A stretch of DNA of 64,000 bases. It comes from an uncultured Enterobacterales bacterium (GTDB lineage Bacteria; Myxococcota_A; UBA796; CAJQPC01). The notes beneath the pieces were generated by a model. The model was not told where the DNA came from and ran no database searches. It was given only the letters and a program-made list of their open reading frames with translations. Location of the stretch: NCBI GenBank assembly GCA_964610645.1, contig CAZSZE010000004.1, positions 51,711 to 115,710 on the forward strand. The letters run 5' to 3'. The stretch's first letter is position 1. Each line of letters starts with the position of its first letter. Shown here piece by piece: positions 26,047 to 34,585 of the stretch. The translations under genes were made by a program, and so were the position numbers.

Positions 26047-27957
26047 ATGAGCGTTCGAAGGAAATTCCGGTTCATTCGTGAGCTTGCTCGAGGCGGGTTC
26101 GGGACCGTCTACCTGGCGGAGATGATCACGGGGGATGACTTCTCCACCGTGGTGGCGGTGAAGGTGTTGCACCAACAGTGGGCGCAGCACCAGGAAGTGG
26201 TCATGCGATCCCGGGACGAGGCGCGCCTCCTGGGGCGCTTGCGCCATCGCCACATCGTGCGGGTGGAGGACCTGACCAACCTGGGAGGCCATTGCGCCGT
26301 GGTCATGGAGTACCTGGAGGGGGTCGACATGGGCACCCTCGTTACCTGGCTGGCCAAGAAGGACGAGCACGTCCCCCCGCGCATGGCGTTTCAGGTGGTG
26401 GGAGCGGTGGCGGCAGCCCTGGAGGCTGCCTTCAGTCATGTGCCGCTCCAGGGAGGCAGCCCCCTGCAACTCATCCACCGGGACATCAAGCCCTCCAACG
26501 TCATGGTGACCGTAGAGGGGGAGGTCAAGCTCCTGGATTTCGGCACGGCCCGGGCCAATTTCGAGACCCGGGAGGCCCACACCGAAGCGCTGCACTTTGG
26601 CTCCCAGATCTACATGGCCCCGGAACGCTTCATGGGGGATCGGGACACCCGGGCATGCGATGTCTTTGCCCTGGGGATCACCTTGTTTGAGCTCCTGGTG
26701 GGAGAGCCGACGGGTCGGGTGCAGCTGCGGGAAGAGCGCTACGAGGCGGCGCTGAAGGAATACCTGGAGCGGGTCCAACTGCCGGGGGTCGATGAGAAGA
26801 TCCAGGGGGAGCTTCGGCGGGTGCTGGGGATGATGATGGCCTTCCACGAGACGGAACGGATGACGGCCGTGGAAGTGGAAGAAGCCATGGAGGGGCTTGC
26901 GGAAGAGGTGGGGGGCCCGAGCTTGCGGCGGTTCTGCCGGGAGACCGTGCGCGAGGTCATGGGGGACCAGGAGCCCTTGGAGGCTGTGGGGGACTCGCTG
27001 GAAGGGCAGACCATGGAGGAGGATCGAACGGCCATCTTCGACACGGAAGGGCTGCCTCTGGGAGAGGATGATTTGGGGCCCTTGACGCCTACCGCGGGAG
27101 GGAGCGAGACCAGCGCCGGTTGGCTGGATGACTATGTCGATGATGCAGAGGAAACGGCTGCTGGTGCCCCTGTCCCTGCCGTCGTGGACGACTCGGAGCG
27201 GACCCTGGATCTGGGGAATGTGGATGAGCAACCGGTCTGGACGTCTGAGACCTTTCCCGGGGAGCAGCCAGGACTCCAGGTCCCGGAAGGCACGACCCTG
27301 CCGGTGCCTCCGCCGCCAATGGGATCTGAAAACACAACCGCCTCGGCCCCATCCCTTTCGGGGACACTGGGTTTTGAGGCAGGAGAACTCACCCAGGATG
27401 CGACGCCTCCCACTCAGACCGGTAGCAAGAAGGGCTGGGTGATTGCGGCGGTGGTGGCCGGGGTGTTGGGCGGGGTGGTTTTCCTGGGCGGACGCGATGA
27501 GCCGCCTGCCCTGCCTGGCGAGGCAGCGCCTGCGGTGGTGGAGGCTCCGGTTTTGCCACCGGAACCCGCAGAGGAGCCGGCCTTGGCTGAGGAAGCAGTC
27601 CCTGAGGTAGAGGTCGTGGAGGCCGCCGCACCGGTGGCCGCTCCGGCACCGTCAAAACCCTCACCGGCGCCGCGGGCAAGCTCCCGCCCGGGCAAGCTCA
27701 AGCTGAATACGCTCTCGGTGGGAGGGGCCCAGGTCAAGGTCAGCCACACGAACGGCTTCTTGCGGATCTGCCGTTCTCCCTGTATTCGCCTGGAGATTGG
27801 GGATCTGAAGCCGGGCACATACACGACCCGGGTGACCCCCAAGAGTGGTGGTCCAGAGGAGACGTTGAAGGTACGTGTTCGGTCCGACAAGACCTGTCGG
27901 TACAATCTCAAGAAGATCGAGAGCGGTTTGCAATGGGAGGAGCGAGGGTGCGAATGA
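26047..27957 (+). CDS. Membrane-anchored Ser/Thr protein kinase (Hanks type) with extracytoplasmic PEGA-like C-terminal domain
   Basis: From ATG 26047: F.FIRELARGGFGTVYLAE..VAVKVL..HRDIKPSNVMV..DFGTAR..YMAPE. A low-complexity acidic/Pro linker follows, then the TM helix GWVIAAVVAGVLGGVVFLG and a C-terminal ..LKPGTYTTRVTPK.. beta domain. The track N-terminal extension (from 25366) is antisense to the dipeptidase gene. Confidence 0.9.
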   Translation: MSVRRKFRFIRELARGGFGTVYLAEMITGDDFSTVVAVKVLHQQWAQHQEVVMRSRDEARLLGRLRHRHIVRVEDLTNLGGHCAVVMEYLEGVDMGTLVTWLAKKDEHVPPRMAFQVVGAVAAALEAAFSHVPLQGGSPLQLIHRDIKPSNVMVTVEGEVKLLDFGTARANFETREAHTEALHFGSQIYMAPERFMGDRDTRACDVFALGITLFELLVGEPTGRVQLREERYEAALKEYLERVQLPGVDEKIQGELRRVLGMMMAFHETERMTAVEVEEAMEGLAEEVGGPSLRRFCRETVREVMGDQEPLEAVGDSLEGQTMEEDRTAIFDTEGLPLGEDDLGPLTPTAGGSETSAGWLDDYVDDAEETAAGAPVPAVVDDSERTLDLGNVDEQPVWTSETFPGEQPGLQVPEGTTLPVPPPPMGSENTTASAPSLSGTLGFEAGELTQDATPPTQTGSKKGWVIAAVVAGVLGGVVFLGGRDEPPALPGEAAPAVVEAPVLPPEPAEEPALAEEAVPEVEVVEAAAPVAAPAPSKPSPAPRASSRPGKLKLNTLSVGGAQVKVSHTNGFLRICRSPCIRLEIGDLKPGTYTTRVTPKSGGPEETLKVRVRSDKTCRYNLKKIESGLQWEERGCE

Positions 27958-28898
27958 ACCACGGGTTTCGATGGGTCCTCTTGTGGAGCCTGGCAACGTG
28001 CATCAGCGGTGCGGTCGCCTGGGCGAATCCAATTCTGGAGCAGGTGGATAGCGCCCGGGAGGCCATCCTGGATGGGGAGTTCGAAACCGCGCATGACCTG
28101 TTGGACGGCGCTGAGAAACAAGCGCCAAGAAGCAGCGAGCCCGTGCTTCCCTCCCTCTTGTCTCGCATCCAGTATTACCGCGGCATTCTCGAGTACTTCG
28201 TGGGGGACCGGGAAGTGCAGGCCTTGGAGTACTTCAAGGCAGCGCTTGTCCACGACACGGAGTTTCAGTGGGATGAGGAACTCGTGGCCGAGGAGGAGCT
28301 GCAGGACCTGTTCGAGTTGTTGCGGAGGGAGGTCAACTCCCGTCCCCGACCCGGTGCTGGGGTGCCGGTGGCTGCCATTACCGAGAAGATCTACATCGAT
28401 GGACGGTTGATGACCTCCTACGATGATGTGGTGGAGGGGCGGCACATGGTGCAGGTGATGTGCGCCGACGGCAACCTGGAGAGCAAGTGGGTGCTCTTTG
28501 GGAATGCGCCGGACTATGGTTGCTTCTGCTCCCTTTCGGAGTGCTTTCGTCCCTCTTTTGCTGGGGGGGAAGGGGGACGGAGTCTCGCGGGGCTGCCCCT
28601 GGACCAGGCGCTGCTTGGGGGGGGCGCACTGGCGCTGCTCGCGGGAAGTGTCGTGAACTTCTCGCTGCTGAATCCGCAATTCTCGGAAATCCAGCAAGCG
28701 CGGGCGAATCCTTCCACCGTTACCCGGACAGAGGCAGATGCCCTCACCGCCAGCTTTCAGCAGACTCGGGCCCTGACCCTGGGCCTTGTGGCAGGCGGGG
28801 TGGTGCTCGGTGGAGCCGGCGGCGCCATGTGGTGGAAGCAGCAGCAGGTCCAGGTGGGAGTGGGAGCGGATGGGCTTCGCATGAGCGGGCGCTTTTAG
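27954..28898 (+). CDS. Hypothetical exported/membrane protein, coupled to the kinase gene
   Basis: ATG 27954 overlaps the kinase stop (ATGA). The signal is MNHGFRWVLLWSLATCISGAVAWA. It has a TPR-like helical segment, a PEGA-like stretch (KIYIDGRLM....V.EGRHMVQV) and C-terminal hydrophobic helices. Confidence 0.55.
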   Translation: MNHGFRWVLLWSLATCISGAVAWANPILEQVDSAREAILDGEFETAHDLLDGAEKQAPRSSEPVLPSLLSRIQYYRGILEYFVGDREVQALEYFKAALVHDTEFQWDEELVAEEELQDLFELLRREVNSRPRPGAGVPVAAITEKIYIDGRLMTSYDDVVEGRHMVQVMCADGNLESKWVLFGNAPDYGCFCSLSECFRPSFAGGEGGRSLAGLPLDQALLGGGALALLAGSVVNFSLLNPQFSEIQQARANPSTVTRTEADALTASFQQTRALTLGLVAGGVVLGGAGGAMWWKQQQVQVGVGADGLRMSGRF

Positions 28899-28905
28899 CA
28901 CTCGG

Positions 28906-29988
28906 ATGGAAAGCGGGGACACTGCGCTGGAGCGGGCCTTGGGCAGAGCCCAGGCGCGGGAGGGAGACTGGGAGCAGGCAGCACCTTGTTGGGAGCAGGT
29001 CCAGGAGCTTGCGGAAGCCGAGGAACGAGGGGATGTGGCCCTGGAGGCCGGCATCCGGGCGATTGACTGTTGGCGGCGTGGGGACCGGCCGGTGCGGGTG
29101 CTTGAGCGGATCGAGCTTCTGGAAGGACGGCTGCCGGATGTGGAGTTGGAGGCGCTGGTCTGGATCCACGGCGCTGCCGCCTGCTTGGACCTCGGGCGCC
29201 TGGAAGAGGGGGAAGGCCACGCCCGCCGGATCATGGGGCTGGTGCAGGAAGGTCCTGTGCGGGAGCTGGCTGCAGACACGCTGGCGGGAGTGCTGGTGGC
29301 CTCCGGGCAGATCGCGCCCCTGGGTGAGCTTCTGGATGCGTGGGAGGACGGCGAACGGGAGGTGGGGATCGCGATCCGGTTTCGCCGGGCCCAGGTGGCG
29401 CAGTTGAACGGGGATTGGAACCGGGCCCGGGAGCGCCTGTTGAGTTGTGCACTGGAGTTGGAAGGAGAAGACCCTCCCAATCCCTCGGCGCTTGGGGCCG
29501 TGTGGGAGGGACTGGCCCGCGTGGCCCGGGACCAGGGGGAGGTGGAAGAGGCGTTCTCCCTGCTGGACCGGGCGTGGATTGCCTGGGAGCGGGCCGGACG
29601 TGAGAGTGGTTGTGTTCGGGTGGCTGTGGAGCGGGCGATGACCGCCCACGGGGACGCGTCCCATGCCTTCTTGCCGGGGGGATTGGATGCGGGTGTGTCC
29701 TTCTGCAAGGAGAGGAGCCTTGTTCTCCTGGAGGGCCGGGCCCGCCTTGCCCGGGGCCTGTCTCGCTGGACAGCGGGAAGCGATGGGGCCATCGAAGATC
29801 TGAGCGCGGCGGTGTTCCTGGGGGAGCAATGCGGCGCCCCGTTCCTCTCCGGTCAGGCCCGCCTGGAGCGCCACCAGCGCGATGGAGGCCAGGGAGCCGG
29901 GGTGCTGGAACGGGCCCTGGCGGAGCTGCAGGCGGACTCGTTGCTGCGTGCGCGGGTGTGGCAGGCGATCAGGGCGGCGCGGGGGTAG
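28906..29988 (+). CDS. Hypothetical helical (TPR-like) protein
   Basis: 360-aa ORF 8 nt after the previous gene. It is Ala/Leu/Glu/Arg-rich with repeated helix-pair patterns (..GDWEQAAPCWEQV.., ..GDWNRARERLLSCA.., ..GEVEEAFSLLDRA..). The 792-aa minus ORF over this region is a shadow. Confidence 0.5.
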   Translation: MESGDTALERALGRAQAREGDWEQAAPCWEQVQELAEAEERGDVALEAGIRAIDCWRRGDRPVRVLERIELLEGRLPDVELEALVWIHGAAACLDLGRLEEGEGHARRIMGLVQEGPVRELAADTLAGVLVASGQIAPLGELLDAWEDGEREVGIAIRFRRAQVAQLNGDWNRARERLLSCALELEGEDPPNPSALGAVWEGLARVARDQGEVEEAFSLLDRAWIAWERAGRESGCVRVAVERAMTAHGDASHAFLPGGLDAGVSFCKERSLVLLEGRARLARGLSRWTAGSDGAIEDLSAAVFLGEQCGAPFLSGQARLERHQRDGGQGAGVLERALAELQADSLLRARVWQAIRAARG

Positions 29989-30061
29989 GGCGGGAGCGGA
30001 TTCCCTGCAAGCCCTGCCAACGAGACGACGGACAGCCATGATTGGGACGCCTGGAGCCGGC

Positions 30062-30075
30062 TGACGCTTGCGTCA
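30062..30075 (+). promoter_or_regulatory. 14-bp palindrome (candidate operator) upstream of the NTase-RHH pair
   Basis: TGACGCttGCGTCA ends 20 nt before the ATG at 30096. It overlaps a weak -35 (CTGACG), with TAAGAT (30084-30089) 17 nt downstream as a possible -10. No SD is visible before the ATG. Confidence 0.3.
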
Positions 30076-30095
30076 AATCCGCATAAGATTGATGC

Positions 30096-30656
30096 ATGGC
30101 CCGAAGGTCCCGCCTTCTATCTCCACAGGTGCTTGATGAGGCGCTGCGACAGGTTGTAGAAGCGTCCTCCACCCCCCCTGTTGCGGTGGGGGGATACGCC
30201 ATGCAGCACTACGGATCAGATCGCTTGACCTCCGATCTCGATGTAATCGTGCAGGAGGACCTGCCCTTCCCGGTTCTCCTTTCCTTGACCTTTGGAGGAG
30301 TTACCGTGGAGGTTGGCGGCGTGCCTGTGGACTTGATCCGGCGCAGCGACCACTACGAGGACCTGTACGACGCTGCAGTGGCAGCCGCGGTCCCCGTACC
30401 CGGCGTGGACGGCGCTGCAATGGCCTCTCCAGAACACATGGTTGCCCTCAAACTCGCTGCTGGACCTCGGGAAGCAAAGGTCTTGCCCGACCTCTGGCAC
30501 TTGCTTTCTACGCCTGGATTGGTCGATTACGACGCTGCCCGCGAACTCGTCCGAACGTTTATGGGGGAGTATGGGGCGGACGTGCTGGATGGACTTCGCG
30601 AGGAAGCGCTGTGGAGACGCGACCGGGGAGACCCGAAACGCCGGCCCCGAAAATGA
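30096..30656 (+). CDS. Small nucleotidyltransferase-fold protein (AbiEii/MenT- or DUF6036-like, family unverified)
   Basis: 186 aa. VAVGGYAMQHYGSDRLTSDLDVIV shows a G-G..(n)..D-x-D minimal NTase signature, then ..VPVDLI.. and ..ASPEHMVALKLAAGPREAKVLPDLWHLL. GC3 is visibly lower than in flanking genes. Confidence 0.7.
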   Translation: MARRSRLLSPQVLDEALRQVVEASSTPPVAVGGYAMQHYGSDRLTSDLDVIVQEDLPFPVLLSLTFGGVTVEVGGVPVDLIRRSDHYEDLYDAAVAAAVPVPGVDGAAMASPEHMVALKLAAGPREAKVLPDLWHLLSTPGLVDYDAARELVRTFMGEYGADVLDGLREEALWRRDRGDPKRRPRK

Positions 30657-30850
30657 AGACGACGCGTACAACGATCACCTTGAGAGACGACCTCCATCAA
30701 TGCCTCAAAGCGGAAGCGGTCCGCCTACGGGTATCTTTGGGGCAAGTCATGGAATTGTACCTGATTGCTGGTGTTCAATCAGGGCCGGTCAATGACCCTG
30801 CGGCCGCCGCAGTCGAGATTCTCAAAGAACGCAATCAACGGAGCGAGTAG
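30653..30850 (+). CDS. Ribbon-helix-helix (CopG/Arc-like) small DNA-binding protein
   Basis: 65 aa starting at the ATG that overlaps the NTase stop (ATGA): MKTTRTTITLRDDLHQCLKAEAVRLRVSLGQVMELYLIAG.. This reads as beta-strand (TITL), helix, helix, the RHH pattern. Confidence 0.6.
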   Translation: MKTTRTTITLRDDLHQCLKAEAVRLRVSLGQVMELYLIAGVQSGPVNDPAAAAVEILKERNQRSE

Positions 30851-30926
30851 GAGGGCAGCGCGGGAGTCATCATGCACCCAGGATCACCCGCCGGCGAATA
30901 CCGCCCCCCACAATGGCCAGTTTCAC

Positions 30927-32642
30927 TTAGGCCCCTCGCTTGGGCATGGCCCAGCCCGATCGGACCAGGGCCGTGGCAAGGCCCAGGGCTCCGGGCTCCG
31001 GCGCGGCCTCCAGAGTGCCCGATGCAAGGCGCTGCTCCGCCTCGATCCGGCGGATTTTCCCGCTGCTGGTGCGGGGCAGGGTGCCCGGCTCCAGCACCTC
31101 CACCTTCCAACAGAGCAGGCCCGTGGATGCCACCACGGCCTCTCGGCAGTCCCTCGCCAGCTGGGCCGAATCCAGGTCCTGCCCCTTGGCCTGTTCCACC
31201 AGCAACACCAATTCATCCGTATGGGCACCGGGCGGGCGGTGGCAGACAGCGGCAGCACAACCTCGTCGAACCCCTGCAATCCCTGCCACAGCAGACTCCA
31301 CCGCCTCTGGAGACGTGTTGCGGCCGCGAAGAATGAGCACCTCCTTGGCACGTCCCACCACGTGCAACTCCCCTTCCTGGAGAAAGCCGAGGTCCCCTGT
31401 GTCCAGCCAGCCGTCTTGCAACACCTTGTCCGTGGCCTCCGGGTTCTGGAGGTATTCCCGCATCAGGGACGGGCCCTGGATCCAGACGTGACCCACCCGG
31501 CCCTCGGACATGACGTCCTTTTCCGTACTCCTGATCTCCAGCTTGAAACCAGGCAGGGGCGGCCCCAGGGACATGATGGGCCGGTCCTTCGTGGGGTGTG
31601 TGCGTTGTCTCCAACCCTCCTTGAGAGGAGAAAATGTGACAGCGAGGGCTGCCTCGGACAGGCCGTACACCGGGGTGAGCGCCTTGGGGTTGAACCCCCA
31701 CGGGGAAAAGCGATTGGAGAATGCGTCAAGGGTCTCAGCAGAAATCGATTCGGCTCCGTTGAGGGCCACCTGCCATGTGGAGAGATCCACCCCCTCCAGT
31801 TCCTCATCCTTGATCTTGTGAACACACATTCCGTAGGCAAAGTTCGGGGCGGTGGAAATCGTGCACTTGTAGCGAGAAATCGACCGAAGCCAGAGGGCGG
31901 GCCGGGTCACAAACACCTCGGGCCCCAGCAGGGTCAGGTCCCGTCCCTTCAGCAGCGCTGGGAACACGCAGCCGATCAATCCCATGTCATGGTACAGGGG
32001 CAGCCAGCTGATTCCACTCTGGAGTCCGTGTTGTTCCTCTGGCCACGCCTCCAGCAAGCCATTTACGAGAATGCTCGCCTGGGCCATGACCGCCCCATGA
32101 GACAAGGCCACCGCCTTTGGTTCGGCGGTTGTGCCCGAGGAGAACTGTACAAACGCCAGGTCTTCCAGGCTGGCCTGGTGTCGTGGAGCCTCGAGGGCAG
32201 TGGGAAGATCCTCCAGGGTCAGGCAACCGAACTCTGGACGTGCAATTTGAATGGCGGGACCCAGCAGTCGGCGCACCCGGGGGGAAGCAAGCACTGCACG
32301 CGCCCCTGTTATTTGTATCATTGCGGCGGTTTTTGCCGCGTATTCATCCAGGCGCCCCAGGCGCACCGGCGGATAGAGGGGCACCGGCACGATTCCCGCC
32401 CAGACCGCGCCCAGGAACGCTGAAAAGAAGCCGGGTTCTGTGGGATACACAAGGCAGATTCGGTCACCGGGTTGGCACCCAAGAGCCAGAAGCTGTCCCG
32501 CGGTACGGGCTGCATCCTCGATGATGCGAGACCAGGGGAGGTGCGTGGCGTTTTCCTTGCGGTCCACGAATCGAAGACCGAACCCGGTGATGTTCCGGGC
32601 ATCCGCCAGGCAGTCAACCAGCGTTTGCAAGACGCCTCCCAA
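30927..32642 (-). CDS. Fatty acyl-AMP ligase (FAAL) / adenylate-forming enzyme
   Basis: 571 aa with ..AFVQFSSGTTAEPKAV.. (core A3), ..YGLSEA.., ..GWLDTGDLGF..GELHVVGRAKEVLILRGRN.. and ..LPRTSSGKIRR.. (A10). The FAAL-like N-terminus and the adjacent stand-alone ACP support the call. Confidence 0.9.
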   Translation of the reverse strand: MGGVLQTLVDCLADARNITGFGLRFVDRKENATHLPWSRIIEDAARTAGQLLALGCQPGDRICLVYPTEPGFFSAFLGAVWAGIVPVPLYPPVRLGRLDEYAAKTAAMIQITGARAVLASPRVRRLLGPAIQIARPEFGCLTLEDLPTALEAPRHQASLEDLAFVQFSSGTTAEPKAVALSHGAVMAQASILVNGLLEAWPEEQHGLQSGISWLPLYHDMGLIGCVFPALLKGRDLTLLGPEVFVTRPALWLRSISRYKCTISTAPNFAYGMCVHKIKDEELEGVDLSTWQVALNGAESISAETLDAFSNRFSPWGFNPKALTPVYGLSEAALAVTFSPLKEGWRQRTHPTKDRPIMSLGPPLPGFKLEIRSTEKDVMSEGRVGHVWIQGPSLMREYLQNPEATDKVLQDGWLDTGDLGFLQEGELHVVGRAKEVLILRGRNTSPEAVESAVAGIAGVRRGCAAAVCHRPPGAHTDELVLLVEQAKGQDLDSAQLARDCREAVVASTGLLCWKVEVLEPGTLPRTSSGKIRRIEAEQRLASGTLEAAPEPGALGLATALVRSGWAMPKRGA

Positions 32643-32862
32643 TGAGAGCCACCAGGTCCCCGGCCGTCTCCAGGCCCTTCTCGTCCCCCTCTTCCAGGCA
32701 GACCCGAAAGTGGTTCTCCACCTCCACGATCAAGGTCAGCAAGCGGATCGAGTCCAACTCCAGCACCTCGACCAGGGGGGACGAGGCCTCCAGGCCTCCT
32801 TCATGGTCCAGGTGTTCCCGGGCCACCGCTACGAGACCTTCCAGAATGCGGTCCGCGTTCAC
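32614..32862 (-). CDS. Acyl carrier protein
   Basis: GTG at 32862 overlaps the upstream stop (GTGA): VNADRILEGLVAVAREHL..SSPLVEVLELDSIRLLTLIVEVENHFRV.. The LELDSI phosphopantetheine Ser motif is present. Its tail overlaps the FAAL start by 29 nt. Confidence 0.75.
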   Translation of the reverse strand: MNADRILEGLVAVAREHLDHEGGLEASSPLVEVLELDSIRLLTLIVEVENHFRVCLEEGDEKGLETAGDLVALIGRRLANAG

Positions 32863-33431
32863 GGGCCATCCGGTAGGAATCGCGGCCGTTGTTCCATGCG
32901 TTCCCCATACCCGCAGTGCTCCGTGAGCGCTGCCTCTTCTACCCCAATTCGAACCTTCAACAGGGCAGCATTGAGCAGACTGAACACCCCCGCCGTCATC
33001 CAGGCACCATGCAACAGCGGAAGGGCGAGTATTTCCATGCAGACGGCCACGTAGTTCGGGTGACGAATCCAGCGGTATGGACCGGCTTCCACCACCGGTC
33101 GCCCAGGAACCACCAGCACCCGGGTGTTCCAGGCAGAACCCAGGGTGGCCACCGCCCAGTAGCGAAGGCCCATGGATGCCACAAGAGCAGCCCCCATGGC
33201 CCCTCCCAGCCAGGGCCGAAAGGGCCGCCCGAGGATCAGAACCTCGGCGAGGGCGGCCGGGAAGATCAGGGTGTGCAGGACCACCATCCACCGAAAATGA
33301 CGTTGGCCCACCTCCACGCCTCCCTGTTCCAGGGCAAGGCGGGCATTCCGACGCGACAGGAACAACTCCCAGATCCGTTCCAGGGCGATGCACGTGAGCA
33401 CAGCACCGTAGGCGACCTCGGTGGTCACCAT
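32859..33431 (-). CDS. Membrane methyltransferase of the isoprenylcysteine carboxyl methyltransferase (ICMT) family
   Basis: 190 aa from ATG 33431, overlapping the PKS stop. It has multiple TM helices and ..GPYRWIRHPNYVAV..E....PLL.GAW.... (ICMT/PEMT-type motif). The upstream 214 codons of the track ORF are out of frame inside the PKS gene. Confidence 0.8.
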   Translation of the reverse strand: MVTTEVAYGAVLTCIALERIWELFLSRRNARLALEQGGVEVGQRHFRWMVVLHTLIFPAALAEVLILGRPFRPWLGGAMGAALVASMGLRYWAVATLGSAWNTRVLVVPGRPVVEAGPYRWIRHPNYVAVCMEILALPLLHGAWMTAGVFSLLNAALLKVRIGVEEAALTEHCGYGERMEQRPRFLPDGP

Positions 33432-34483
33432 TGCAGAAGCACCAACTCGGAGCAGAATCCGGGGCCCATGGCCAGGAGCAAGCCGTGGCTCCCCGGGGGG
33501 GGCGGGGGCTGCGCCAGGGTGTCCTGCAGCACCATGAGCACGGAGGAAGAGGACAGGTTTCCCACCTCTCGCAGGCTCTTCCACGTCAGCTCCAGTGCGG
33601 AATCCGGCAGATCCAGCCCCTCCTGCAGCGCCTCCAGCACCTTGGGTCCCCCCGGATGGCAGATCCACCGGTGGATGTCGTCTTTGTCCAGGCCATGATC
33701 CGCCAGAAAGGCATCCACATCCCGGGGCAGGACTTCCCCGGCGATTCGGGGCACCTCCGCGGACAAGACCACCTTGAATCCGGTCTCGGAGATGTTCCAC
33801 CCCATCACCTTTTCCGTGTCCGGGTAGAAAATCGAGCGCGTGTCCACAATGCGGGGGCTTGCGCTGGCGGCCAGGGGGTGGTCCTCCCCCACCAGGACCA
33901 CAGCGGCGGCTCCGTCTCCGAACAGGCCCGATGAAATCAGGTTGGGGACCGAGAGATCGTCTCGCTGGAGGGTCAGGGAGCAGAGCTCCACGGAGAGAAG
34001 AACCGCAGCGCTGTCGGGCCGGGCCCGGACCTGTTCCGAGGCCCGGGAGATACCCGCGGCACCTGCGACACAACCCAGGCCGAACAAGGGCATGCGTCGA
34101 ATGTGGGGGGAGAGGCCGATTCGGTTGATCAGCCGCGCATCAATGGAGGGGGTGGCCAGGCCGGTCACGCTGACAAAGAGCAGCGCATCCACGGCGTTGG
34201 GGGCCAGGCCGATGGGCTCCAGGGCTGCGAGGAAAGCGTCTGCCCCCACTTCCAGCGCCACGCGAATCCAGGCATCATTTGCAGCACCAAAGGAGTCCAA
34301 CTTCGGGTATTCCTCCATGGGCAGGGCCAGGTTTCGCCCCCCCACCAGCACGTTGCGGTGCAGGGCCTCCAGGCGATCCATGTTGTGGTGCCGCTGGCCC
34401 CAATGGGCTCGAAACGCCGCGATCAGCGTTTCTTGATCGTAGAAGTGGGGGGGCAGCGCCCGGCCGACGGAAGCGATTCGCAC
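33425..34483 (-). CDS. Type III polyketide synthase (chalcone/stilbene synthase superfamily)
   Basis: 352 aa with a GTG start and GGAG upstream. The catalytic triad contexts are LFGLGCVAGAAG (Cys), WICHPGGPKVL (His) and VGNLSSSSVL (Asn). The end ..AMGPGF..E..LLQW is typical. Confidence 0.9.
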   Translation of the reverse strand: MRIASVGRALPPHFYDQETLIAAFRAHWGQRHHNMDRLEALHRNVLVGGRNLALPMEEYPKLDSFGAANDAWIRVALEVGADAFLAALEPIGLAPNAVDALLFVSVTGLATPSIDARLINRIGLSPHIRRMPLFGLGCVAGAAGISRASEQVRARPDSAAVLLSVELCSLTLQRDDLSVPNLISSGLFGDGAAAVVLVGEDHPLAASASPRIVDTRSIFYPDTEKVMGWNISETGFKVVLSAEVPRIAGEVLPRDVDAFLADHGLDKDDIHRWICHPGGPKVLEALQEGLDLPDSALELTWKSLREVGNLSSSSVLMVLQDTLAQPPPPPGSHGLLLAMGPGFCSELVLLQW

Positions 34484-34585
34484 GCAAGGCTCCGATTTGG
34501 TTCAAGGGAGTATGCCAAAGATGGTGGCCCGTCGGGGCCCGGACAGGTGCCCAGACTCGGGATAGAGGCGCCTGGGAGGTTCCCG

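Noticed and set aside
27414-29792. 792-aa minus-strand ORF
   Set aside because: Its composition is Pro/Arg/Ser-rich. It is antisense to three well-behaved + strand genes (kinase tail, membrane protein, TPR-like protein), a typical high-GC shadow ORF.
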